A DNA stretch of 64,000 nucleotides from positions 62,001 through 126,000 of the forward strand of contig JAHDYR010000006.1 of assembly GCA_019828565.1 (NCBI GenBank), read 5' to 3'. The notes under the pieces were generated by a model. The model was not told the origin of the DNA and searched no databases. It saw nothing but the letters and a program-made list of their open reading frames with translations. The stretch is from Carpediemonas membranifera BICM (Eukaryota; Protista; Fornicata). The position numbers and the translations under genes were made by a program. Every line of letters starts with the position of its first letter. The first letter of the stretch is position 1. Shown here piece by piece: positions 1-10,660 of the stretch.

Positions 1-2600
1 AGGAACCAGTCGAGGCATGTCTCCGGGTCTGTCCTGGCCTTCCTCTGGAGCTCATCCCAGCTGCCATAGCCCAGGTCGGCTGCGTGGTAGACCAGCCAGC
101 GGTCCTCACGGTCTGTAAACTGCTTGTTGGACTGACCCTGTGGGTACGGGATGATGATGCGGCTCGGGCCCTTGCACCCGGCCGCTACGGACCTCAGCAG
201 GGCTGTGACTTCCGCAGCCTTTTCCCTGCGCTGGTCTCCCTTGAGGACGCGCTCCTCTAGCTTTTTCCCGTCAGCCAGCCGGTCCAGATTTGACCAGAGC
301 ACCTTGCCGTACGCCCTGATGTCTTCCACATCACGGTCGAGCTCCTCAGCTATCCTCTCGTGAGAGTCCTTGCCGAACAACTCGCAGCACTTGATGTAAA
401 TCCTGAAGTCCCCGTGCTTCCAGTGGGCGAAGGGCTCCTTAGCAAGCAGCTCTGCCTTCTGAGCCTTCTGCTCCGCGGTGAGGGGCGGGTTCTTCTCGTC
501 CTTCCAGTGTGCCTGTTCGATTTCACAGAGGGCCACGAGGGGCTTGGCGTAGAACTGCCACTCTGGGTAGTCCGGCCTCTTGCCCTTGCCAGCGTTCTTA
601 GGCCGCTTGACTTCGTCTGTCAGCGCCCTAGCTCTGGCAGTGCGGAGCTTGTCCCTCTCCGCGTCAAGAGCGAGCAGGGCGACGGTCTCGGCCTTCTTGG
701 CGGCGTCCCGCTTGAACTTCTCTCCTTCAAACTCGTAGATGTAACCAGTGTCGTGTTCACCGCTGGTGATCATCTGCAGGAGGTTGTCCTTGTGCCCAGC
801 GAGGATCTCTCCCCGCTGCTCGTCGTGCTGGACAGCGCGTTCGAGCAGCTTATCGATGTCCGTGTCGCTGAGAACTGTGCCCTTGGCCTTGAAGATCTCC
901 TCAGCGCCATGGGTTACTAGGGCAAGCAGCTCCTCCTTCGTAGCCGCCTTCTGCTTCTCGGGGAGCCGGCCCTGCTCGATCACCAGTGTGTCGAGCTGCA
1001 GCTTCATCTCACTCCGTTCCTGGATCTTCTGCTCGACAGTGTGTTCTGTGATAAACCGGTAGACGTTCACAGGCTTTTTCTGGCCGATACGATGTGCTCT
1101 ATCCATGGCCTGCAGGTCCTGCTGGGGGTTCCAGCTCGTGTCGTAAAGGACTACGGTGTCTGCTGTGGCAAGATTAATGCCCAGGCCGCCAGCACGTGTG
1201 GATAGGAGGAAGATGAACTTCGTCGAGTCCTCTGCGTTGAACGAGGCGATGTGCTCCTCCCGCTCCTCTGAGGACGTCTGTCCGTCGATGCGGCAGTAGC
1301 TGTAGCCCTTCATAGCGATGTAATCCTCGAGAATATCCATCATCCGGGTCATCTGGGAAAAGACGAGAACACGGTGGCCGTCAGCGTGGAGGCGGGGCAG
1401 CAGCTTGTCCAGGATGCGGAGCTTGCCGCAGTTCTCCCAGAGGTGGGGGCCGTCGGAGTAGGGAGGGCCGGGCTCAACGCCCTCGAAGAGATAGGGATGG
1501 TTGCACGCCTTCCACAGCTGCATCAGGATGTTGTGGAGCCGGCCGACGTTGGTGCGGCCTGTGCCAGCGCCTAGGGCGTCTACATGGCCTGAGAGGATGT
1601 CCTTGTAGATCTTACGCTGCACATCCGACAGCTGGCAGAGGATGGTGGCCGTCTTCTTGGGAGGCAGAGTCTCCACATCGGCCTTGACTCTGCGGAGAAT
1701 AAACGGCTTCAGCACTCTGTGGAGCTTGTGGACAATCTCTGTGTGCTGCTCCTCGTCCACGTTTTCGAACATGGACTCGAACAGGCCGGAATCTGAGAAC
1801 TGCTCGGGCACCAGGAAGTTGAGGAGCGCCCAGAGCTCCTTGAGGTTGTTCTGGAGCGGGGTTCCGGTCAGCAGGATACGATGGGCACTGGAGAAGGTGC
1901 GGAGTACCCGAGAGAGGAGCGATGACTCGTTCTTGAGACGGTGGGCCTCGTCGACGACGACTGTGTCAAAGGAGACCTTGCGGAGATGCGCCTGCTCCTT
2001 AATGATAATCTCATATGAAGAAATGATAACGTCAAAGTCATCAGTCTTGACGCGGGTGTCAATGAGGTTTTTGCGCTCCTCCTTGTTGCCGATGAGCACG
2101 AGGATGTTGATATGCGGTGTCCACCGCTCGAACTCGATTCTCCAGTTGGACAGGGTGCTCTTGGGCGCGATCACGAGGTGCGGGCCGGGGGTGTCTGCGT
2201 AGTACCGGATCCAGTCAATGAGGGCGACAGTCTGTACCGTCTTCCCCAGACCCATCTCGTCAGCGAGGATGCCGTTGATCTCCCGCTTGCGGAGACCGAC
2301 CATCCACTCGAGGCCGTCCTCTTGATAAGGACGGAGCTTGCCGAACTTCAGTGTGGGCGGCGGGCGGACGGATTCGTCCTCTTCCTCGTCGAGCATGGTG
2401 TCTTCATCATCACGGCCGCCCTTGGTGTGGCGGCGATCCGCTTTCTCAGCTGGTGTCTCGGCTTTTGTCTTTGTGAGGCTGCTGAAGAGTCGGTTATCGC
2501 TGAGGATCTCATCGAGCTTTCTAGAGGAGATAGGAGAGCACGGAAGCTGCGGTTCCGAAGATTCAACCTCAGAATGGCTTGCGCTTTCGTGTTCACTCAT
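1..2600 (-). CDS. ISWI: ISWI/SNF2-family chromatin remodelling ATPase (3' end runs off the window)
   Basis: Minus-strand reading frame from ATG 2600 contains LRPYQ, GILADEMGLGKT, DEAHRLKN, TGTPLQNNLKELWALLNFL, STRAGGLGINL and WNPQQDLQAMDRAHRIGQ. It is absent from the ORF track because there is no stop in the window. Confidence 0.92.
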   Translation of the reverse strand, partial: MSEHESASHSEVESSEPQLPCSPISSRKLDEILSDNRLFSSLTKTKAETPAEKADRRHTKGGRDDEDTMLDEEEDESVRPPPTLKFGKLRPYQEDGLEWMVGLRKREINGILADEMGLGKTVQTVALIDWIRYYADTPGPHLVIAPKSTLSNWRIEFERWTPHINILVLIGNKEERKNLIDTRVKTDDFDVIISSYEIIIKEQAHLRKVSFDTVVVDEAHRLKNESSLLSRVLRTFSSAHRILLTGTPLQNNLKELWALLNFLVPEQFSDSGLFESMFENVDEEQHTEIVHKLHRVLKPFILRRVKADVETLPPKKTATILCQLSDVQRKIYKDILSGHVDALGAGTGRTNVGRLHNILMQLWKACNHPYLFEGVEPGPPYSDGPHLWENCGKLRILDKLLPRLHADGHRVLVFSQMTRMMDILEDYIAMKGYSYCRIDGQTSSEEREEHIASFNAEDSTKFIFLLSTRAGGLGINLATADTVVLYDTSWNPQQDLQAMDRAHRIGQKKPVNVYRFITEHTVEQKIQERSEMKLQLDTLVIEQGRLPEKQKAATKEELLALVTHGAEEIFKAKGTVLSDTDIDKLLERAVQHDEQRGEILAGHKDNLLQMITSGEHDTGYIYEFEGEKFKRDAAKKAETVALLALDAERDKLRTARARALTDEVKRPKNAGKGKRPDYPEWQFYAKPLVALCEIEQAHWKDEKNPPLTAEQKAQKAELLAKEPFAHWKHGDFRIYIKCCELFGKDSHERIAEELDRDVEDIRAYGKVLWSNLDRLADGKKLEERVLKGDQRREKAAEVTALLRSVAAGCKGPSRIIIPYPQGQSNKQFTDREDRWLVYHAADLGYGSWDELQRKARTDPETCLDWF

Positions 2601-2798
2601 CGCGGCTTCTCGGAAAGATAAACTGCGCCAAAGTTTGATCGGCCGCAGCATCTGGTATAGCTGCCCCGATGCCCCCATGCGCCCACCATACAGCCATTCA
2701 TCCGCTAGACCCATAAATCGCTGCTTTACTCAGCTGGCAGACGGTATTCACGCGGAAAACTGATCGAGCACACAAACATCTGCAACAGCCACTACGCC

Positions 2799-4439
2799 TC
2801 AGATGAGGAACTTGCCCTCAGCCCACAGCCGCGTCCTCTCCCCCCTGCTCTGCTCCTCCTGGATCGCCTCGATCATGTGCATCCTGCGGGCCAGTGACGC
2901 CTTCTCAGACGCCTCCCGCCGCTTCCGCTGGTTCTTGATGTGCTTGCCACGCTCTCTGAGAAGCATGCTGAGTGCATCGCCCGTCATGTCTTCGTCGCTC
3001 TCGCTTTCATCGCTCGAGGACTGGCCGACGTTGTCGTCGTAATTATACCGGGTGTCGGCGTTCACTGCCTTCGTCTCTTCCATGCATTTCTTCAGCTCAT
3101 TCTTCAGCTCCCTAAACTCCCTTAAATTATCCTCCACGGCGCCCAAGATTGCGAGGTAATTCTGGACGTACCTCGGCCCAACGCTCAGGATGGGCGTCTC
3201 GATGGCTTTCTGCAGTGTGTATATCGATGCCGGTATGTCATTCGACTCCATCACGTCAGCATACTGGTTCTTCATCCCCGCGATGGCCAGGCGGATGTCC
3301 TCAACGTCCATGCGCCGCTTCTGCTGCTTCAGCTTGCGGCTCTTGGCTCTCTTCTGCGCCTTGATGTCTCTATAGGCCTGTAGCAGATAGTTTGTGGTGA
3401 TACCGGTCACGAGATTGACGAAGATGAACGCGCCGAGGGGAATAAAGGTCATGCTGATGAGCGCACCAAGATAGAAGTAGCCGTTGGCCTCCATCTCAAT
3501 GAAGACGTCAGCCCACCCATCCTGCGTGAGGAAGATGAACATCGTATACATGGCTTTCGCGATGTCACCGAAGTAGTACGACATCGAATCACTGAATATC
3601 GTGACACATGTAACAGAGTAAATAAACATGATGATACAAAGCAGTAGTACGATGCTTATCATGCTGGGAATGGCCTTGACGATGGTCTGCACGATGATCT
3701 GCAGCCCCTGTAGTGCCGTGATCGACCGGAGCGACCGGAACGCACGAAGCACTCGGAGGACCCGGACTACGCGGGTGGATGCGAGGAAGGTGAAGCCCTG
3801 GCCTGCTATACTGGCGGCAACGACGAGGAAGTCGAAGATGTTCCATGATGATGTCCAGAATGCCCTGAAGCCCGCATACCACTTCAACAAGAGCTCAATG
3901 ACAAAGATGGTCAGGAACACGTTGTCCATGCCGCTAAGAATGGAGCCGAACTGCTGCTCCATGATCGTTGAGGTCTGGACTCCGGCCTGGATGGAGTTGA
4001 GCACGATGATCACGAGGACGAAGAGTCTAAATGGGCTAGCCTCGACCAGGCGGCCCACAAGCTCGTCGGAGAGATAGTTTTGGAAGGCATCGTTGTGATC
4101 CTCGTCTACAACGTCTGAAAAGGCGATCTCTTGCTGCACTTCGTCGGTCGCATCCCCTTGCTGTGTCTCCTTCTTCGCCACTGTCTTCTCCCCCTTAATA
4201 AAAATCTTGCGGGGCTCTTGGGGGACACGAATACGCTTAGCAGCGGTGACAACGACACCGGGCATCTGGAATTGGGATGATTCCACGATGTGGAAGTCCT
4301 TTTCTACCGGTTTGTTCATCAGATTGAAGCGCTTGCTCGGCAGGATGTTCACAGTATTATTCGCGGATCGTCCAAAGCGAAATCGCCCGGTGGACTGCGA
4401 CATGAAGTTTGGTTCGAAAGTATCGGCAATATTGTGCAC
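2799..4439 (-). CDS. CATSPER4: Single-domain 6TM cation channel, CatSper4-like
   Basis: S4 RVVRVLRVLRAFRSLR; pore filter FLTQDGW; S6 GAFIFVNLV..TTN; C-terminal NYLAILGAVEDNLREFRELKNEL coiled coil resembling CatSper4. Confidence 0.8.
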   Translation of the reverse strand: MHNIADTFEPNFMSQSTGRFRFGRSANNTVNILPSKRFNLMNKPVEKDFHIVESSQFQMPGVVVTAAKRIRVPQEPRKIFIKGEKTVAKKETQQGDATDEVQQEIAFSDVVDEDHNDAFQNYLSDELVGRLVEASPFRLFVLVIIVLNSIQAGVQTSTIMEQQFGSILSGMDNVFLTIFVIELLLKWYAGFRAFWTSSWNIFDFLVVAASIAGQGFTFLASTRVVRVLRVLRAFRSLRSITALQGLQIIVQTIVKAIPSMISIVLLLCIIMFIYSVTCVTIFSDSMSYYFGDIAKAMYTMFIFLTQDGWADVFIEMEANGYFYLGALISMTFIPLGAFIFVNLVTGITTNYLLQAYRDIKAQKRAKSRKLKQQKRRMDVEDIRLAIAGMKNQYADVMESNDIPASIYTLQKAIETPILSVGPRYVQNYLAILGAVEDNLREFRELKNELKKCMEETKAVNADTRYNYDDNVGQSSSDESESDEDMTGDALSMLLRERGKHIKNQRKRREASEKASLARRMHMIEAIQEEQSRGERTRLWAEGKFLI

Positions 4440-4827
4440 TTTAAGGATCTAATTCGGAACACCCTCCCTGAGTGGTCTCAGTCTCGTTTACGCACACAAG
4501 CTTACAACGGATGACGCCATGACCATCCCTGCCCGATGGTCTCACAGAAGTCACACGTCGCCCGACTCCTTCCGCATCGACTGGCTGACGTCGAAGATCG
4601 ACACACCTCCAGGGAGTTTCTCTCCGGTGACGAACAATGTTTCTGCAAATATGTCATTGCTCCACTCGGCTAGCACACGCTGTGACTCCTACTCTCCCTG
4701 TGCCCGCAATAATTGGCGTGACGAGGACCGGGGCGATGAAACATCTGAACTCGTAGAAATGTGCAGCTCTCTGCATAAATGATCCAATCACACATAATAA
4801 TCTTCATAACTGCCGACACCCTATCCG

Positions 4828-6342
4828 TTAAACTTTTAAAGTCATTATCCTCTCTCGCACGTCCCGCACCTCCTTGAACTGGTGCCGCGCCATCGCAGTC
4901 AGCTCCCATGCCAGACTGCATCTCCCGTTAGCCGTGTCGGGGTCGTCGCCGACGCCCGAGTATACGCTGGACACTGGGTGCTCCGTGTCGAGCAGGACCC
5001 TGGCAGGCGGGTACCTCAGCAGCAGCTGGCCCGCCAAGTCGGCCAGAGCCTTGGCCGTGGAGCGCTTGGTGCAGTGGAGGGAGACTTGTAGGATCCTACG
5101 AATGAAGGAAGTGACACGGTCGACTGCCATCTGCTTGCGGGAGAGAAGCAGCAGCCGCACCGTCCTCACGGCCTGGTCAGCGTCCTCATCGCCCAGGTCA
5201 GGCAGATACGGCAGGGCAGTGTAGAGACTGACGTAAAACTGCCGCATATCCTGCATGAGATGGCCCTCAGTGGCGTGGAGAACAGTGGCAGCAGTGTGCA
5301 GGGCCGCAAACCGGGCGTGGGTGGGCAGCTCCATCGTGCTGAGTTGGCCGAGGACGTCGAGGACGGAGATGAGATAGTCCGTGGAGACCAGGTGGCCAAA
5401 TCTGGCATAACCCATGAGGGCGCCGACGAGGAGGGGGCAGGAGGGCTGAACGATGACTCGGGAGAAGATGACAAACAGGCGCTGGATGATCTTGGTGTGT
5501 GTGTCGAGTTTAGCCTGTTCGTCCTGCTTGGCGTGCGACTCCCGCTCGATCTCCTCAGCTCGACGTAGTTCCTCGAGTTTCTCGACATTTGACTTACCGA
5601 TACGCTTCTTCTGCTTGTTTCTCAGCCGGGGGATAGTGGACATAGCCGGGTCGATGTCCTTGACGAGCGGGCTGACCTCAATCGTCATAAACAACTTCAG
5701 GAAGTCAGGATGGACCGATTCCATGCGACTCTTGATGAACTGGCACGCCTCCTCGCACACATCGAGGGTACAGTACATCAGGGCGTCCGCGGCAAAGAGA
5801 CTGGTGAGCTCGGCGTCGGAGCGGAGGTGGACAGTATCGTTCTTGTCGTTCACCCCCCGTATGAGGATCTTAACCAGGTCAGTGCGGTAGTTGAACTCTG
5901 GTCGGGCTCTGATGAGCTCGCCAGTTGCCCGGAGGCAGGCACAGCGAAGGGGTGTGGGGTGTTCTTTCTTCGTCCCGTTCTTCAGGATGTCGATGAACTC
6001 GCGGTATACGGCCAGGAGGCGGGCTTCTTCGCCAATCTTACGCTTAGTGCCCGCTGTGGCGTTGGCGTTGGGCTCAATCACCTTCTTGCTCGGAAGAATG
6101 TCCTTGAAGACGAGAGAGAGGCTGAGGATGGCCTGCTTTTGTAGCTGAGGATGATAGCATAGCTGCAGAAGCTCAGCGATGTCGCCAGCCTTCCCTCCTG
6201 GATGAGCGAGGATCTCTTGGCATGTGCTGGCAAGATGCGTGAGCGCCTCGTTCTTGCTAAAGGAGAGGAGGTCCAATGGCTCCTTCTCTGCTTCTTCTAC
6301 CTTCTTGGAGACTTTGGGGGCCTTGCGGCGTTCTTTCTTCAT
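4828..6342 (-). CDS. NOC3: Nucleolar complex protein 3 (NOC3/CBF domain)
   Basis: LSLSLVFKDILP, PEFNYRTDL and the C-terminal LLDTE...DDPD..N...AWEL..M.RH motifs of NOC3. Confidence 0.85.
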   Translation of the reverse strand: MKKERRKAPKVSKKVEEAEKEPLDLLSFSKNEALTHLASTCQEILAHPGGKAGDIAELLQLCYHPQLQKQAILSLSLVFKDILPSKKVIEPNANATAGTKRKIGEEARLLAVYREFIDILKNGTKKEHPTPLRCACLRATGELIRARPEFNYRTDLVKILIRGVNDKNDTVHLRSDAELTSLFAADALMYCTLDVCEEACQFIKSRMESVHPDFLKLFMTIEVSPLVKDIDPAMSTIPRLRNKQKKRIGKSNVEKLEELRRAEEIERESHAKQDEQAKLDTHTKIIQRLFVIFSRVIVQPSCPLLVGALMGYARFGHLVSTDYLISVLDVLGQLSTMELPTHARFAALHTAATVLHATEGHLMQDMRQFYVSLYTALPYLPDLGDEDADQAVRTVRLLLLSRKQMAVDRVTSFIRRILQVSLHCTKRSTAKALADLAGQLLLRYPPARVLLDTEHPVSSVYSGVGDDPDTANGRCSLAWELTAMARHQFKEVRDVRERIMTLKV

Positions 6343-6558
6343 CGTCGGCTCTCCTCGGCTTGCTCACCAGCCATATACTTTTGCTGTAAATGCCCCAGTC
6401 TCCCTGACTCGCTTGCAACGGCACGGCAGCACTCAATGCACGTGGCAGTTAATGCTGTCTTACAAGGCCAATGGCTTGCCGCTTCGCAAGGCCTCAACAC
6501 GGAGTAAGAAAACACGACGATCTTTATGAATCAGGAAACAAAGCACCGAAAGTACCCC

Positions 6559-6897
6559 TCATCTCCTCTGAGTCTGGTGTTGCTGCTGTGCCTGCTGCTT
6601 GGTGATCCCAGACCCCGGGGGGCGCTGGTGGCCCTTCTGCGTCTGGCCATGGAAGTGGGGGCTGCACGAGAGCATCGTAGGCACGGCTACGAACCTAATC
6701 TGTGATCCTCTAATGAATATGCGCTCCTTGTAGCTCGTCTGGCCGTCCTTGGCAACGCATGTGACGTCGGCAAGACTGACGTTCATAGAATCCTCAACAT
6801 TCGTCACACGCCCACGGTAAAGCTCATTGGTAGTCAGTTCAACCGTAACATTGTGCCCTTGGCACTCATACAGCACTTTGAGCGGAATACCGATCAT
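6559..6897 (-). CDS. SNRPD3: snRNP Sm D3
   Basis: MIGIPLKVLYECQGHNVTVEL...YRG...EDSMN...IFIRGSQIRF is a typical SmD3 Sm fold. ATG at 6897. Confidence 0.9.
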   Translation of the reverse strand: MIGIPLKVLYECQGHNVTVELTTNELYRGRVTNVEDSMNVSLADVTCVAKDGQTSYKERIFIRGSQIRFVAVPTMLSCSPHFHGQTQKGHQRPPGSGITKQQAQQQHQTQRR

Positions 6898-7129
6898 CAA
6901 GCAGACTATCTATTGCTAAAGTGCACATCGCCTATATTTCGATGATGGCTCGATCAAGAGCGAGTATCGGGTGAGAAACATGAAGAAACCAGCGCCGCGG
7001 CCCCTTCAGTTGCAAAAATTAGCGCTCTGCTCATCATTGCCCTTGATCACCTGCAACCAAGACGCAGTCTAGTATCCATCTCTACAACCACACCATCCAT
7101 CCCGTACCGACTTCAATTTATACATTACG

Positions 7130-7822
7130 TTACTGCTCGTTTGTCCTGGGGCGACTGATCACCAGGTCCTTCATGACGAGCCACTCCTTGTTGGGACGCG
7201 TCCAGTTGATGCGATGGGGCTTGCTCTTGTACCACTGCTCGATGTCAAGGGGCCTTGGCGGCGGCGCATCCTTCCGCTTGTTGTACTTGTCGTTGGAGGC
7301 TTCCTTCTGGTAGATAGTGTAGAAGGGGCAGAACTTGACAAGCTCGTCGGCGCCATTGTGGTCCTGGATGATCATCATCTCCTGGCCAACTGCTCTGAAG
7401 ACAGTCTCGGGGCAATGCTTAATCCACACGCGGAAGCGCTGCGTGTTCTTCTTTTGGCTCACCTGGAACTCGAATCCGGTGACGGAATCGTACTCGGGAA
7501 TGGTAGCACCGATGATGCGGAGGATCGTGTCGCGGATGAAGCAGAAGAAATTGTTCTGCTCAGGAGAAGACATGCTGCCCGATTTGGCGCATTCCAGGCG
7601 CCCGCCGAAAGCATTATCCTCGGATTCCCACTGAGGAGCGATATTCCGCTTCATAACGTAGAAAGTAGTCTCGATAGAATGCAACTCGGGGAGATTGTTC
7701 CACAAAAGCCAAAACTCTTCAGCAGTACAGAACTCGTAATGCTTAACAGGCTGCCACGTCTTACCATCAAGCTCATAGATGGCCCACTTATCCCTAAGCT
7801 CGGATCTTTCAGAACCAGGCAT
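7130..7822 (-). CDS. eIF4E: eIF4E-family cap-binding protein
   Basis: Conserved Trp pattern: KWA, TWQ, TAEEFWLLW, IAPQWESEDNAFGGR, RFRVW. Confidence 0.85.
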   Translation of the reverse strand: MPGSERSELRDKWAIYELDGKTWQPVKHYEFCTAEEFWLLWNNLPELHSIETTFYVMKRNIAPQWESEDNAFGGRLECAKSGSMSSPEQNNFFCFIRDTILRIIGATIPEYDSVTGFEFQVSQKKNTQRFRVWIKHCPETVFRAVGQEMMIIQDHNGADELVKFCPFYTIYQKEASNDKYNKRKDAPPPRPLDIEQWYKSKPHRINWTRPNKEWLVMKDLVISRPRTNEQ

Positions 7823-8130
7823 TTCTAGGGATTCTAAGCGTTGTGCCTTGACTCAAAATCGACTCGAGCAGAATAGCCTGCGAAAATGGCCAGAACGGGC
7901 CGGCAGGCATGTGGGTACGGACGCCACTAATGAGCAGCCACAGCGTCGGTATATTTTTGATCCATTCGCTAAACTGCGCGTTAGTGTTCCAAAGTTGCAA
8001 GTGATTCAGAAAATCAGCGCCATCGTGATGAACACCATACAACTCGCTCTTCTCGACACCACCGGAGATCAGACTAACATCTCGCGTCCTCCAACGCGTT
8101 ACATTCATTATCAATTATCCGATTTACCAT

Positions 8131-9483
8131 TTACATATCCTGGTCGTCACTGTCATCACTATCGTCGCTGTCGCTCATATCAAAGTCGTCCGGCTCCTCT
8201 CCCTCATCATCGATGCGGATGACCGTCTCCGCCAGTCTCAAGTTCGTCCGCTCAACTCCAGCGCCCTCGAGCTGACCAATGTCGAGGAGGCACACCTTGC
8301 CTCGGTCGTCGCCCATGACGAGGGCGATACCCTGCCCGATGGCGACGAGGGAGCAGTCCAGAACGTGACCGACCTCTTCGTTGAGCTCGTGCTTTGCCGC
8401 AGGGGCGTCGCCGTTGTAAATCTGGACAAAGGCAGGTGCCTTGTCTCTGTTGATCACGGCCGCGGTGACCTTTCCGGATGACCGGACGAAGCTGGGGTAG
8501 ACTTCGGACGGAGTCACGCCGGCATGGACCGCGGGGGTCGAACTTGATGCCGACGGTTGTGTCCCGCCCAGTCTAGAGACCACAGTGGGGTTGCCCGCCT
8601 TCTTATCCTTCTTCTTACCCTTCGCCTTGCTCTTTGCGGTGTGTATAGCAACGGGGACAGCGACAGGACCGACTACGGCGGCCGAGACGTCGTGCACGGC
8701 ACCCAGCCCGTCAAACGTGAGGGGAGTGCCGTCGATAGCGTGTGTGGTGGGGCTGTAGACAAAGGAGAGGGCCCGACCAGAGTGCGCTGAGTGCGCGGCC
8801 CCGGCGACGACTCGGACAGAGCCACCCTGCTCGAACATGGCTATGGAGCTCACGCCAGGCAGACGGGTGGGGCAGTAGGCCGGGTTAGGCTCAGCAGCGA
8901 GGCCAGCGCCGATTGTGAAGACCTTGATGGAAGCGCCTTCGGTGCCGACAGCGAGCACGGCGTGATCGCCAAAGACCTTGACGTCCATGCAGGAGATGCT
9001 GTCGCCCTCATCCTGGTCGTTACCAGTGGCGATGCGAGCCACAGGCCCCTGGGAGACGTCGGCAACGTCGATGTTGTAAACTTCAACGACGGCTGTCTGT
9101 ACGAATGAGACGGCAGCGTAGTTGACGCCGTTGACCCGGAAGATACGGATACTTGTAGTAGGACGGATGTCGGGCATCATCTCGGGTGTAACGATCGTGC
9201 CGATGGGGGGAAGGGTGAAAAGCGGGATATCGTGGCGCCTCCAGACATCACCGGACTGAGAGAGGACGTAGAATACGATGCTCGAGGACCCACGATAGCT
9301 GTTGAAGTGAGTGAAAGCTACACAGACGTCGGAAGACTGCATGAGCCAATCTTCTTCCTGCTCCTGGATATCCTCGTCCAAATCATCCTCGTGGCGGGCA
9401 GGAGCGAGCTTCATTGGGGGCTCAAAGACCTGCGCCACGCCAGTGACAAGCTGAATGTTGGGTCCCTCCTCAAAATCGTCCAT
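8131..9483 (-). CDS. Divergent PWP1-like WD40 protein
   Basis: Acidic N-terminus, then VFYV...VWRRHDIPL..LP and NYAAVS....VEVYNIDVAD resembling PWP1 (HHDI.LP; GNFVAVG..DP.IEIWDLD), then beta-propeller and an acidic tail. Start could be 9483 or 9555. Confidence 0.6.
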   Translation of the reverse strand: MDDFEEGPNIQLVTGVAQVFEPPMKLAPARHEDDLDEDIQEQEEDWLMQSSDVCVAFTHFNSYRGSSSIVFYVLSQSGDVWRRHDIPLFTLPPIGTIVTPEMMPDIRPTTSIRIFRVNGVNYAAVSFVQTAVVEVYNIDVADVSQGPVARIATGNDQDEGDSISCMDVKVFGDHAVLAVGTEGASIKVFTIGAGLAAEPNPAYCPTRLPGVSSIAMFEQGGSVRVVAGAAHSAHSGRALSFVYSPTTHAIDGTPLTFDGLGAVHDVSAAVVGPVAVPVAIHTAKSKAKGKKKDKKAGNPTVVSRLGGTQPSASSSTPAVHAGVTPSEVYPSFVRSSGKVTAAVINRDKAPAFVQIYNGDAPAAKHELNEEVGHVLDCSLVAIGQGIALVMGDDRGKVCLLDIGQLEGAGVERTNLRLAETVIRIDDEGEEPDDFDMSDSDDSDDSDDQDM

Positions 9484-9672
9484 ACGGCCACGACCTTCAC
9501 TCCTTGCATGAAAAACTTTTTCTGCAAGCGAGCGAAGTGAACAACGGTAGGTCATTCTCAGCTGGGAGCCCAGCTTGTTACACCCAGCCTCGCAGTGCCA
9601 CGAATACGCCCATAGAATTCAGCCCATCTCAGCCCATCTGTGGTGCTGCTTTAATGAACATCGCGGGTCCAC

Positions 9673-10479
9673 TCATCCGAGGGCCACTGACGGCTCCCTG
9701 GTTGGCTGGGGCGGCGGAACCTCTGCCGATCGAATGATATGTGCTAAGCTGAGTCGCTCGCGCCTATACCGCTGGTAATCAAGATAATCTGCCTTGATAA
9801 AGTGTGGCTTGATAAAACGACGCGCGAAAGAGTCGACGGGACCCGGGAACTTGAGAGAGTGGAGACCTGGGATGGGTAGGAGGTATACTATTCCCAGCCC
9901 GATGCCCAGGAAGACACATGCTGAGTTCAGCAAGTCGGTGGAGGCGAGCAGTTGAAGCCCAAGCATAGCGATGAATAAACGGTCTGTGATGAACGGGTAA
10001 AGCGGGTGGCGGGCATATGGTGGTATATATCTCATGTATATGACCATGAGGGCGATTAACGGAGGTATGGGGGCACAGGTGACATAGTATCTGCTGGTCG
10101 AGTAGCCGAGATCCTCGGACCACGGAATGGCACCGAGGAGGTACAATCCGATGAGTACTGGCGTGATGATGAGCTGCGAGACTGTGAAGAGGAGCAGGAC
10201 GACGGCTAGGAAGCGACTCGTGCCGAAAAGACGCTCCAGGGCACGGAAACGGAACCACATGTAGAGCCAGACAAAGAATAGAGCTGGATATGTGAGAGTA
10301 AATGGAGATGTGACGACGCGCCACAGCTGAACATGGGAAATCATGCGATCAACGTCCAGGGTGCCAATGGTCGCCATAAAGAACGCGCAGAGAAGCGAAG
10401 ACCATACTAAAGAGAAGTAAAATATCGATTTCGTGGCTGGAGCGCCAGAGAAACCGAGTTCTCCACCATACCATCCCAT
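9673..10479 (-). CDS. Rhomboid-like pseudoprotease (UBAC2/Dsc2-like, no UBA domain)
   Basis: GFSGAPATK, QLWRVVTSPF, FRALERLFGTSRF and multiple TM helices. Confidence 0.7.
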   Translation of the reverse strand: MGWYGGELGFSGAPATKSIFYFSLVWSSLLCAFFMATIGTLDVDRMISHVQLWRVVTSPFTLTYPALFFVWLYMWFRFRALERLFGTSRFLAVVLLLFTVSQLIITPVLIGLYLLGAIPWSEDLGYSTSRYYVTCAPIPPLIALMVIYMRYIPPYARHPLYPFITDRLFIAMLGLQLLASTDLLNSACVFLGIGLGIVYLLPIPGLHSLKFPGPVDSFARRFIKPHFIKADYLDYQRYRRERLSLAHIIRSAEVPPPQPTREPSVALG

Positions 10480-10660
10480 CAGGCCGTTGTCAGGAACAAA
10501 ACTGCGCGACAGCCTAGATCAAGCGGTCGAGATGAAGATCAGCCTCGCCCGCACCTGTCATCTGCTACTGCCTTCAGGCCTTCAACCTCTAAACCGTTGC
10601 TTTCACCCATAAGAATACGGTGGACGATGTAATCTGACAACCGCATCACCATAAACAGCT

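Noticed and set aside
151-2763. Many plus-strand ORFs over the ISWI gene, and similar long antisense ORFs over cathepsin, Argonaute, the kinase gene and the CENP-C-like gene
   Set aside because: Antisense shadows caused by high GC3 codon bias; the opposite strand carries the recognisable protein.
4445-4825. Short ORFs between the CatSper-like gene and NOC3 (likewise 7809-8114 and 62440-62870)
   Set aside because: No homology cues, and no convincing RNA structure or snRNA/tRNA motif was seen.
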